A stretch of 40,474 nucleotides of DNA from an uncultured Gammaproteobacteria bacterium (lineage in GTDB: Bacteria; Patescibacteriota; Patescibacteriia; Magasanikbacterales; UBA10003): assembly GCA_964365025.1 (NCBI GenBank), contig CAYIOJ010000001.1:1-40474 (forward strand). The letters are read 5' to 3'. The first letter of the stretch is position 1. The number at the start of each line of letters is the position of its first letter. The notes beneath the pieces were generated by a model. The model was given only the letters and a program-made list of their open reading frames with translations. It was not told where the DNA came from and did no database searches. Position numbers and translations under genes: made by a program. Positions 26,683 to 35,493 of this stretch are shown here, one piece after another.

Positions 26683-28146
26683 TTAAGATTCTTTATACCG
26701 CAAAGGATAATTTTCTGGAATGCCGACGCTTTGTCTTTTTTGTTTCATAAAATCTCGACACTTCCCTAAAAACTCCATAATATCATCTTCTGTGCAATTA
26801 TGCGGTTTAAAATGAGGGCGCAAGGCATAGAGATATTCTCTTTTGTAATTATAACCCCGTTCATGATCATATTTTAACAAACCGTGTTCAACACAATATT
26901 CATACAATCTTGTGCCAGGATATGGCGTAGCCAATGAAAAGCTAACCCGGTCAACTGGCAATTTTGTTATCATTTCATAGGTTTCTTGCATTGTTTCACG
27001 TGTCTCTTGAGGCATGCCGATAACAAAGTAAGCTCCTATATACAGATGTTTATGTCTAGCGCAATTTTGAAAAACCTCATAAATCTTTTCGGTTTTAAGC
27101 CTCTTGCCAATCGCCTCATTTCTAATATATTCCGACCCGCTTTCAGGAGAAAGATTAATTTTAACTAAACCGGCTTTAACCATGGCATCTATAACTTCTT
27201 GATCTAGAGAATTTATCATTGCGCCGTTCGGAGTATCAAATTGAATATTCATTCCTCTTTTAAGAATCTCATCGCAAATGGCTAATATCCTCTTTTTATC
27301 CAATGTAAGATTATCATCTAAAAAAGAAAAATACCGCGCGTTGTGCTTAATATACAAATTCTCCATCTCATTTACAACATGGCGCGGTGTTCTGAATCTA
27401 GCTGTCGGCCCATGCACTAACCACATACCACAAAAGGAGCATTTAAAAGGACAACTCCTGCTTGAAAGAATGGGGAAAGGCGTGCCAATTTTTATTTTTT
27501 TGGGCGAATACCACTTAGATGTGTCAAATTCATAATTTTTAGAATCTAAAATATCAAAATCAACAAATGGCAATTCATCTAAATTGCCAATGAACGTTGT
27601 TTTGTTTTTCTTAACCGCTTGCCCGTCTTTTCTAAAAACTATGCCGTCTATGGAGTCTATTATTTGACTGCCGCCAGTTAAATATTTTACCAATTTTAAA
27701 AAAGTTTCTTCCCCCTCACCTAAAACAATATAATCAACATAGTCACACTCTTTCAATATTTCCACAGGAAAAAGAGTGGCGTGAAGGCCGCCCATTACAA
27801 TCGGTGCGCTCGGAAAAAGATCTTTGGCTTTTTGGGCTATCATTTTTCCACAATCAAACGCTCCGGAAAAAAGACAACCAACCCCGATAATATCAGGCAC
27901 AAAATCTCCAATCTGTTGAGAAATATTTTTTTCAATATACTCTTGAGGTGAGTAATCGCGCAATTGCCCCTTAAGCAGTCTGGAATAATATGTATTATAA
28001 AAATCCACTATTTTCACTTCTATATTATTTTTTTTTAGTACGGACGCCAAATAAAGCAATCCCAAAGGATAATGATAAAGCGGGTCGGTGTTAGAAAAAT
28101 CAACTTCCGCGGCTATTGAGTTTATGAGCAATACTTTGGTGGGCAT
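26683..28146 (-). CDS. Cobalamin-binding radical SAM protein
   Basis: PLGLLYLASVL, PDIIGVG, MGGLHAT, GEGE; SSRSCPFKCSFC; DDNLT, ESGS, FVIGMPQET, PYPGT. ATG 28146 preferred. Confidence 0.93.
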   Translation of the reverse strand: MPTKVLLINSIAAEVDFSNTDPLYHYPLGLLYLASVLKKNNIEVKIVDFYNTYYSRLLKGQLRDYSPQEYIEKNISQQIGDFVPDIIGVGCLFSGAFDCGKMIAQKAKDLFPSAPIVMGGLHATLFPVEILKECDYVDYIVLGEGEETFLKLVKYLTGGSQIIDSIDGIVFRKDGQAVKKNKTTFIGNLDELPFVDFDILDSKNYEFDTSKWYSPKKIKIGTPFPILSSRSCPFKCSFCGMWLVHGPTARFRTPRHVVNEMENLYIKHNARYFSFLDDNLTLDKKRILAICDEILKRGMNIQFDTPNGAMINSLDQEVIDAMVKAGLVKINLSPESGSEYIRNEAIGKRLKTEKIYEVFQNCARHKHLYIGAYFVIGMPQETRETMQETYEMITKLPVDRVSFSLATPYPGTRLYEYCVEHGLLKYDHERGYNYKREYLYALRPHFKPHNCTEDDIMEFLGKCRDFMKQKRQSVGIPENYPLRYKES

Positions 28147-28162
28147 AATTGTGAGCGGACGG

Positions 28163-28411
28163 TCACCATTTATTAATCTTGTTGACAACCTTCTGTTTTA
28201 ATTTGAGATAAGAATGAACTGCCGTAGCTTCGACCTGCGGCGAGACTATTCGTAACAGCTCTTTACCTAAAATACGATACTGACGGCCCAATTTATTAGC
28301 CTTAATCAGTCCATTTTTAAGGAACCTCTTCATGGTACTTTTACTTATTTTTAATAGCTGTTGCGCTTCATCAGTGGTGTATACCGAATAAGGCCTAATT
28401 TCTTGATCCAT
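28163..28411 (-). CDS. Small helix-turn-helix protein (excisionase/HTH_17-like)
   Basis: YTTDEAQQLLKISKSTMKRFLKNGLIKANKLGRQYRI matches the Xis/MerR-like winged HTH pattern. Confidence 0.88.
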   Translation of the reverse strand: MDQEIRPYSVYTTDEAQQLLKISKSTMKRFLKNGLIKANKLGRQYRILGKELLRIVSPQVEATAVHSYLKLKQKVVNKINKW

Positions 28412-28446
28412 AATTCAGAACTTTAAATAAATCTATCTTTTCAATC

Positions 28447-28475
28447 ATTATATCTCCAATAATTCGAGGTGTCAA
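28447..28475 (-). promoter_or_regulatory. Perfect-consensus sigma70 promoter for HTH gene and downstream operon
   Basis: Plus strand ATTATA (28447-28452), 17 nt, TGTCAA (28470-28475), i.e. TTGACA-17-TATAAT on the minus strand. Confidence 0.85.
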
Positions 28476-28498
28476 TAGAGTTATTAACAGCTCTTTAG

Positions 28499-28527
28499 TT
28501 GACGCCTGTTTTATTGAATGATATGCT
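28499..28527 (+). promoter_or_regulatory. Divergent sigma70 promoter for 28598 gene
   Basis: TTGACG (28499-28504), 17 nt, TGn-TATGCT (28522-28527). Confidence 0.7.
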
Positions 28528-28597
28528 TAATTTACCATTAAATATCCATTATCAAATAATCGCTCTTGGCTAGTTTTTATTTTATTCAAATTCAAAC

Positions 28598-30091
28598 ATG
28601 AAAATTTGTTTTTTTCTACAACGCCGTTTTGCTTATTTAGGCCATAATTTGGCTGTCATCCTTAAAGAAAAATATACCGAACTGGATTTTTGTGGTTATG
28701 TCAATTTGCGCTCCAGCTTTGATTTTTTATCTTCTCAAAAGGATATCAAATACAGCACCCTTCTCTTGGATGAAGACATGCAAAAAAAGTATAAAGAAGA
28801 AAAACTGGATCTAAATTATCTCCAATGGCTAGAAAAAGAGTATGGCACACCGAATCTTTGGCCTTACATCGCCGTTGACCGTATTATTATATCTAATCAG
28901 CTGGTGCGGGAATACCCTTATGACAAACCATCTTATACGCACGAGGAAATGTTGCAACTTCTGCAAGTAATGTCTAAAGCCATCTTATCTTTTTTAGAAA
29001 AAGAAAAACCCAACGCCATATTCTTCTCTGTTATTGGCAGCATGGGTAGTACCCTACTTTTTGAAATGGCTAAAAAAATGGGTATTAAATGTTACCGAAT
29101 CGCAAATTGTCTCAAAGATTTAACTACAGTAACAGACGCTCCCAATTTATCACTTATCAATCCAGCGGAGGCAAGCTCTTTAACCGATATTCAACAAAAA
29201 CAACTGTTAACAAAAGCGATGGTCTTTTTAGAACAGTATCGGTCCATGCCTGTATCCTATTTTACAAAATCAGACCCCCAATATCAACAAATTGATCGAA
29301 CAAAACAATTACAAATTTTATTACCTAAAAATTTTCTAAATTTTATAAAATGGGTTTTTAAATACTTTTATAGTTACCTAACAAGCAAAGAACGCTTTGA
29401 CTATTCTTATACAAAACCGTGGTATTATTTAATAGATGGACTTAAAAGAAAAGTTAGAAATATTATCGGCGTAAACGATCTGTATGACGAACCGGATTGG
29501 AACGAAAATTTTGTTTTTTTTCCACTTCAATTCGAGCCGGAATCTGGCCTTTTACATGTCGCTTATTTTAAAACGAACCAACTAGAAGTTATTAAGCAAA
29601 CCGCCCGCGCCTTACCGGTCGGTTATAAATTATATATTAAAGAACATCCCACCATGGTAATGTACCGACCACGCTCCTTTTATAGAGCGATTAAAAAGAA
29701 CCCTAATGTTAAATTAATTAATCCGGCAATCAAAAGCTTTGATATTATATCACGAGCTAGATTAATTATTTCCATCACTGGCAGCTGCGGCTGGGAAGCA
29801 ACTTTGTTAAAAAAACCGGTTATCACTTTTGGGCTCGCCTTTTATAATCAACTGTCTTTCATAAAAAAATGTCGCGCCTTTGAAGATTTGCCCCAGATGG
29901 TTAAAGAACAGATTGAAAATTTTAATTATAATGAAAACGAACTCCTGGAATATTTAATAAAAATTTTTGAATCTTCGGCGCCGGTAGACTTAATCAGTAC
30001 TTGGGACGACGCCGGTGATAGCCAGCGACAAAAAAAAGCCTTGGAACCATTAGCTGATTTAATCGCTAAAAAACTTGGAATCAGAGCTTAA
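28598..30091 (+). CDS. Capsule_synth/KpsS-like protein; putative CMP-ulosonate transferase
   Basis: FFPLQFEPES, YIKEHP, SITGSCGWEA, KPVITFG..FY in the C-terminal half. Confidence 0.75.
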   Translation: MKICFFLQRRFAYLGHNLAVILKEKYTELDFCGYVNLRSSFDFLSSQKDIKYSTLLLDEDMQKKYKEEKLDLNYLQWLEKEYGTPNLWPYIAVDRIIISNQLVREYPYDKPSYTHEEMLQLLQVMSKAILSFLEKEKPNAIFFSVIGSMGSTLLFEMAKKMGIKCYRIANCLKDLTTVTDAPNLSLINPAEASSLTDIQQKQLLTKAMVFLEQYRSMPVSYFTKSDPQYQQIDRTKQLQILLPKNFLNFIKWVFKYFYSYLTSKERFDYSYTKPWYYLIDGLKRKVRNIIGVNDLYDEPDWNENFVFFPLQFEPESGLLHVAYFKTNQLEVIKQTARALPVGYKLYIKEHPTMVMYRPRSFYRAIKKNPNVKLINPAIKSFDIISRARLIISITGSCGWEATLLKKPVITFGLAFYNQLSFIKKCRAFEDLPQMVKEQIENFNYNENELLEYLIKIFESSAPVDLISTWDDAGDSQRQKKALEPLADLIAKKLGIRA

Positions 30092-30107
30092 GCAAACTTC
30101 TTACTAT

Positions 30108-30140
30108 AAAAAGAATGGCCAGAGTTGGCCATTCTTTTTT
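30108..30140. terminator. Bidirectional intrinsic terminator
   Basis: AAAAAGAATGGCCA-GAGT-TGGCCATTCTTTTT, a perfect IR between convergent genes. Confidence 0.88.
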
Positions 30141-30149
30141 ATTTTGTCT

Positions 30150-30938
30150 CTATTTACTAACCCAATAATATTCGCAGCCGTAATGATTTTTATTCAAAAA
30201 TTCACATCTAAAACCCAGCTCACTCAACAATTTTAAAACATCTTCTTTGGTGTTGCCAAATTTTTTTATCACATCGCGGTGAAGCTCTAATAAGATATTT
30301 ATGCTTTTAATTTTTTTTAAATAATCCTTCATCCCGGAAAAAGCTAAATACTCAGCGCCCTCTATATCCATTTTAATTAAAGTCGGATTTATATTATTTT
30401 TCTCTAACCAATCATCTAAGGTCAAGCCGTCAATTTGAAAATTGCTGTCATCCGATATTCTGCCGGTTTCTCTACCCCTAAATTCAGAAAAAAATACTGA
30501 CCTTATTTTATCAGTAACTATTGCCTTGAGTACTGTAACATTGTGTAAATCATTTAAAATAATATTTTTTTTAATATGCTCATAATTCACAATATCCGGT
30601 TCAAAAATGTATATCCTTGAGGCCGGACAGGCTTTAGCGGCCAGCAATCCATAAAAACCATTATATCCACCAAAATCAATAATATCAGTTGCTGTTTGTG
30701 GTAAATGCTTCTTCCAAATACTAAATAAATTATATTCGTAATATTTTTTGTTTTTACTTCTTATAACGAAATAATGATGGTTGGGATGGGAAAAAGTCAT
30801 TTTTACTTTTAAGCCATCAACTTCAACTTCAATAAATTTTCTAAAATCCAAGTAATACTTAATATATATAAATAATCTTTTCAGGCAATAACGAAATGCC
30901 CAACCGTATTTCATTGTGAACAAAGTCTTAAACTTCAT
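30150..30938 (-). CDS. FkbM family methyltransferase
   Basis: IDFGGYNGFYG, IFEPD, TLDD, IKMDIEGAE, LELH. Confidence 0.92.
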   Translation of the reverse strand: MKFKTLFTMKYGWAFRYCLKRLFIYIKYYLDFRKFIEVEVDGLKVKMTFSHPNHHYFVIRSKNKKYYEYNLFSIWKKHLPQTATDIIDFGGYNGFYGLLAAKACPASRIYIFEPDIVNYEHIKKNIILNDLHNVTVLKAIVTDKIRSVFFSEFRGRETGRISDDSNFQIDGLTLDDWLEKNNINPTLIKMDIEGAEYLAFSGMKDYLKKIKSINILLELHRDVIKKFGNTKEDVLKLLSELGFRCEFLNKNHYGCEYYWVSK

Positions 30939-30946
30939 ACGCTGTT

Positions 30947-32026
30947 TTATTTTATATAAAATCTCTTTGGAGTATCAACCGAGTGTCCCAAACTCATTTC
31001 CATTTTGGCATACTCAAAATCAGCCTCAGTCATCAACTTGGCCAGAGCTTTAAATGTCGTTTTCGGTTTCCAACCTAAAACATCGCGCGCTTTTGACGAA
31101 TCCCCCAACAATACGTCCACTTCATTCGGTCTAAAATAAATAGGATCCACCTCAATAATGATTTTGCCGGTTTTACGGTCTATGCCATTTTCTTTCAGTC
31201 CCTGGCCGACCCAGTCAATTTCCATGTCTAAGTTTTTTGCCACCTCTTCAATAAATTCACGTACGCTGTGATTTTCGCCAGTGGCAATCACAAAATCATC
31301 CGGCTCCTTGTTCTGTAAAATCATCCAAATTGCCTCTACATAATCTTTGGAATATCCCCAGTCTCTTTTCGCGTCTAAATTACCCAGTTTTAACACCTGC
31401 CGCGTCCCAACTTTTATTTGTGCCAAACCAAGAGTTATCTTACGGGTAACAAAATTCAAGCCCCTCCGAGGTGACTCATGATTAAACAAAATACCATTCG
31501 AGGCAAAAATCCCGTAACCATTGCGGAAAATCTTCGTTATGTGAAAAGCAAAAACTTTTGAAAGACCGTAGGGAGATTGCGGATTGAATGGTGTTTCTTC
31601 ATTTTGCGGCGTAGCCAAAACATTGCCGAACATTTCCGAGGAGCTGGCTTGATAAAATTTTACTGGTAAACGCAAATTACGGATGGTCTCTAAAATGCGT
31701 AAAGGGCCAAGTGCGTTGATATTGGCCGTGTACTCCGGCACATCAAAACTGACAGCCACGTGACTCATGGCGCCCAAATTATAAATTTCGTCCGGCTTAA
31801 TTTCGTTGATTATTCGCACCAAGTTAGAGCTGTCAGATAAATCAGCGTAAGTCATCTCAATGTTGGGCTCATCAACTTCTTCGCACAGATGATCAATCCG
31901 CTGAGTATTTGGCGAACTGCTACGGCGCTTAAGCCCAAATACCTGGTAGCCTTTTTCTAAAAGAAATTCAGATAAATACGACCCGTCTTGTCCGGTTGTT
32001 CCCGTTATCAATGCTTTTTTAGACAT
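30947..32026 (-). CDS. gmd: GDP-mannose 4,6-dehydratase
   Basis: [58 protein letters not shown]. Confidence 0.97.
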   Translation of the reverse strand: MSKKALITGTTGQDGSYLSEFLLEKGYQVFGLKRRSSSPNTQRIDHLCEEVDEPNIEMTYADLSDSSNLVRIINEIKPDEIYNLGAMSHVAVSFDVPEYTANINALGPLRILETIRNLRLPVKFYQASSSEMFGNVLATPQNEETPFNPQSPYGLSKVFAFHITKIFRNGYGIFASNGILFNHESPRRGLNFVTRKITLGLAQIKVGTRQVLKLGNLDAKRDWGYSKDYVEAIWMILQNKEPDDFVIATGENHSVREFIEEVAKNLDMEIDWVGQGLKENGIDRKTGKIIIEVDPIYFRPNEVDVLLGDSSKARDVLGWKPKTTFKALAKLMTEADFEYAKMEMSLGHSVDTPKRFYIK

Positions 32027-32062
32027 ACTTTATTTAAAAAATATCTTATTAATCAATTAATT

Positions 32063-32443
32063 TTATTTCCCCAATTGTTTTTTAATTATCTTCCGATATG
32101 GCTCATAGTATCGCGCCATGTAACGACCAGCAAACCATTCTATCATCACCGTGTCAATTATAAATTTATAAAGATGGGGGGTATTGGGCGGGATAATGAT
32201 TAATTCATTTGGCCCATACTGTTTAGAAATGTCTTTATTTTTTTGGCGCAAAGTTAATTTTATTTTTCCTTTCAAAACAACATTATACTGTTCTGTCGGA
32301 TGATAATCACCAGCCCTGTAACCTCCGGCATTAGTGAAGATAACGTTAAACTCTGTTCCTTTAAATTTATTTATGAATATTTCTCCTCGCCGGTCGCTAA
32401 AAAATTTATAACTTAACTCTTTGTTTTCTTTTTGGACTGTCAT
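32063..32443 (-). CDS. Cupin domain protein (sugar-nucleotide isomerase/epimerase-like)
   Basis: SDRRG, RAGDYH, VLKG, IIPPNTPH; 126 aa beta-rich. Confidence 0.78.
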   Translation of the reverse strand: MTVQKENKELSYKFFSDRRGEIFINKFKGTEFNVIFTNAGGYRAGDYHPTEQYNVVLKGKIKLTLRQKNKDISKQYGPNELIIIPPNTPHLYKFIIDTVMIEWFAGRYMARYYEPYRKIIKKQLGK

Positions 32444-32457
32444 AATTAAACAGATAT

Positions 32458-33663
32458 TTAAATATCTTTCTTGGCGTTAGCAACAGCTTCTTTCATCCTT
32501 TGGTCTAATTCGGCAATTCTGCTTCTATGGTTTAATTCCGGTTCATCCATTCTTATATAACACTGCTTTGAAAGTTTTTCCCGCAACTGATAATCGTCCA
32601 CCAATTGTTCAATTTTCCGCGCCAAATCATCTGAATCGTTATCTTTAAAATAAAGCGCGCTACCACGAGCAACCCATTCCAATCCCCCGCCTCCGGGAAT
32701 AATTGACGGCAAACCGAACATCATGGCTGTCATCAAAGACATGGCCGTCAAATCTTTTCTCCAATGGGCCTGAACATAAATGTCCGCCTGCTTAAAACGA
32801 TTATAAAGATCCTCTTTTGTCATCCATCCGGGTAATTCCACATACGGCTCAAGATGCAAATCATGAATCATTTTATGGACAAACTTTTCTTCCGACCCGT
32901 CTCCACCTAAAACCAGATGAAAATTATCCTTGTTTTTAACCTTAGAAAAAGCAGTCAAAATAAGATCAAATCCTTTTCCCGGGGCCATTTTACTTGAATA
33001 TAAAAGAGTATAAGGCCCGTGCTTTTTATTTCTTTTACTGTAAGTATCTTCAGAAATATCATACTTTTTCATCAGTCCGCGATAATCAAACGGATCGCCA
33101 TAAATAAAACAGCGGATGTCTATCTTCATGCGAAAATTTCTATAACTTTCCGTTAAACAGGAATTAGCAAAACCAATGATATCAATATAATCAGTCAATG
33201 GCATTAAAAAGCAACGTTCAAAATTAAAACGAACAAACTTTTTAAACTTCCGCAATAAACCATCTCTTTTGTGAGGAAACAGGTAGGAAACATTTCCCGG
33301 CCAAGCAGTAAGCTCGCGATTAAAATAACCCACCACAGGAATTTTTCCGCCCAGTAACCGATAAAGACCGGCGCCATATAAAAAAACTTGACCATCTACA
33401 AAAAAAATATCGGCTTGATTGGAATATTTTCTTAAAACCCTAAAAACGCCTTTTTGTATTCCCAACATTCGACCTGATTTGACATCCTCTTCAATTACGG
33501 TATAAGGCAATTTTAAGGGGATATTATTCGATTTGGGATGAGTTGTGCAAACAAAAATCTCATGACCCAAATCTTGCAGGGTTCTATAGGTTAAATCGTA
33601 TTCATCGGTTGTTCCGCCTGAAGTTAAAAAATTTAATTTAGGCGTAACAAAAAATATTTTCAT
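32458..33663 (-). CDS. Glycosyltransferase family 4 (GT-B)
   Basis: SGG N-terminal loop, LGHEI, KGFD, GDG, LPGW, ADIYV; the ExF..E motif is degenerate (DLTAMSLMTAM). Confidence 0.85.
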   Translation of the reverse strand: MKIFFVTPKLNFLTSGGTTDEYDLTYRTLQDLGHEIFVCTTHPKSNNIPLKLPYTVIEEDVKSGRMLGIQKGVFRVLRKYSNQADIFFVDGQVFLYGAGLYRLLGGKIPVVGYFNRELTAWPGNVSYLFPHKRDGLLRKFKKFVRFNFERCFLMPLTDYIDIIGFANSCLTESYRNFRMKIDIRCFIYGDPFDYRGLMKKYDISEDTYSKRNKKHGPYTLLYSSKMAPGKGFDLILTAFSKVKNKDNFHLVLGGDGSEEKFVHKMIHDLHLEPYVELPGWMTKEDLYNRFKQADIYVQAHWRKDLTAMSLMTAMMFGLPSIIPGGGGLEWVARGSALYFKDNDSDDLARKIEQLVDDYQLREKLSKQCYIRMDEPELNHRSRIAELDQRMKEAVANAKKDI

Positions 33664-33726
33664 ATGATTAGTCTATTTTAGCAAAAACTATGCAATTTTG
33701 CAATCACTCAAATACCCACAAATACA

Positions 33727-35493
33727 TCATTGATAAACATAAACCGGCCCAAATTCCCCTACCAGACGCGCAAAACCAAATTGTTTCACAAGCGTCACGG
33801 ATAATGGATCTTCGCTCATTAAATAATCTATCTTGTATTTTTTCAATTCTGTCAAAAAATCTTTGCCAAGAAACGCGCGATATTCAGCCGCAACCTGTTT
33901 GACTGTTTCTTTAAATTTCTTATCTGGCATTCTAGACAAACTTTCCTTCCAATCTCCGGTATAATGAGTGCCGGACCATTGTAAATTCTCTCGTAAAAAT
34001 CGTTCGGCATTTTCTGCTGTCGCCCCGCTCAATGCCATCCAAATCATAGAATTATGTTTTGCGCGTTCAAGCGGCACGGAGCTTAAACCAAACAGGTTGG
34101 TCATATAAACATTACACTGCGTAAAAGCCGGTATCAAGAAAGCCAACTTTTCTTCCTTGTTTTCTTTTATTAAAACAACGCAATCTTTTTCGCCATTAAC
34201 ACGTAGCCAACTAAGTACTGCGTGATATTTTTGAAGTTCCCGCATCCCTTCTACTCCATACTTATAACTCTTGGCCACCGCCGTTCCATAAACAAAAAAA
34301 ACCAAAATAACTAAAAAATTCATAACCAAAATGATTCTCGGTAATTTGCTTTTAAAAACTAGGTATAGTGGAACCATGGCGGCTACAATGGCCAGGGGAG
34401 CTGTATATTGAGAAAAATGATAATACCAAACTGTTCTACCGGTGATTATTTGCTGATTTAAAGCAATAAATCCGCCCAAAATAAAAGATAAACAAAACCA
34501 CCAAACGCGCCCGAGTTTCTCTCCATTTTTTTTTCTGCTTAAACATTCATAAAAAAATGTCGGCAAAAAAATCAACAAAGCGAGCGTTAAAATTTTATTA
34601 AAAACCGGTTGATGAGTGAACGACATGCCGTAAGACGCTGAAGCTAGCCCTTCTTGGCCAATCCCAACAGAAAAAACTCTATAAAAATACGGTAACAACA
34701 AACCAAATCCGAGCAGTCCGACAAAAAAAATCGCTCGCGCTGTTAACCAGTCTTTCTTTAGCAAAAAAACAAACATGAGCACCGCCCAAACAGAGGCGGC
34801 CGTTCCCCAACTAAAAAAATATCCGACCATTAAAGACAAAACCATACCCGCCATTACACCGCTGTAAATTCGTCGTTTGTTGTTATTACTATTTACTAGC
34901 GACCAAAGCAACAACAAAAAACAAAATAACAAAATCGCTCCTGTTATTGGGTTCACCGGCCTGACCCAAGAAAGATAAGCGGCGTGTTTGTATTGATCGC
35001 TCACTATGGCCCAAACGATTTTAAGGGCTGGCAAGTCTAAACTTAAAATAACTAACAATCCGCAGGCGATCGCGTTGATTCTACCTCGAAAATCAACGAC
35101 CTTGGTTAATTTACACATCAAAAGATAAACCAAAAAAAATAGAATTGCCGGTAACAAAAAACCATTGAATAAGACGGCTGTTTCAGCAGCTGAAAGCCCT
35201 AATACAAAAGCCGGAATCGCGTAAAAATATTCTCCAATCGGCAAAACCAAAGACGGCAAATTTTTATATTCAAAAATATAAGGGGCGTTAACCCAGCCGT
35301 GCCCATCCAATATCTCTTGAATCCTGACGGTATAAAAAATATTGTCGTTCACATAAAAAAATGGAATGCCGCGATATTCACTACCCAAGGATTTTATGGC
35401 CAAAAATTGCGGCGCAATGGAAAAAGCGCCAACCACGAAAAAGCAAATGATGGCCAAATAGTGATTTCTAATTAGAGTACTTATTTTTGTCAT
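33727..35493 (-). CDS. Polytopic membrane protein, GT-C-fold glycosyltransferase-like
   Basis: 588 aa with about 11-13 TM segments. First external loop NDNIFYTVRIQEILDG..P..FEYK; soluble C-terminal domain ending KYKIDY..VYVY. Confidence 0.6.
   Translation of the reverse strand: MTKISTLIRNHYLAIICFFVVGAFSIAPQFLAIKSLGSEYRGIPFFYVNDNIFYTVRIQEILDGHGWVNAPYIFEYKNLPSLVLPIGEYFYAIPAFVLGLSAAETAVLFNGFLLPAILFFLVYLLMCKLTKVVDFRGRINAIACGLLVILSLDLPALKIVWAIVSDQYKHAAYLSWVRPVNPITGAILLFCFLLLLWSLVNSNNNKRRIYSGVMAGMVLSLMVGYFFSWGTAASVWAVLMFVFLLKKDWLTARAIFFVGLLGFGLLLPYFYRVFSVGIGQEGLASASYGMSFTHQPVFNKILTLALLIFLPTFFYECLSRKKNGEKLGRVWWFCLSFILGGFIALNQQIITGRTVWYYHFSQYTAPLAIVAAMVPLYLVFKSKLPRIILVMNFLVILVFFVYGTAVAKSYKYGVEGMRELQKYHAVLSWLRVNGEKDCVVLIKENKEEKLAFLIPAFTQCNVYMTNLFGLSSVPLERAKHNSMIWMALSGATAENAERFLRENLQWSGTHYTGDWKESLSRMPDKKFKETVKQVAAEYRAFLGKDFLTELKKYKIDYLMSEDPLSVTLVKQFGFARLVGEFGPVYVYQ

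Noticed and set aside
28163-28411. Prophage or ICE excisionase marking a mobile element
   Set aside because: No integrase, att-like repeats, tRNA or phage genes nearby; the gene sits at the head of a glycan operon.
9048-28494. Shared 10-mer TAACAGCTCT at 9048-9057 and 28485-28494
   Set aside because: A single 10-bp match is expected by chance in 40 kb, and the contexts differ (stop codon versus promoter gap).
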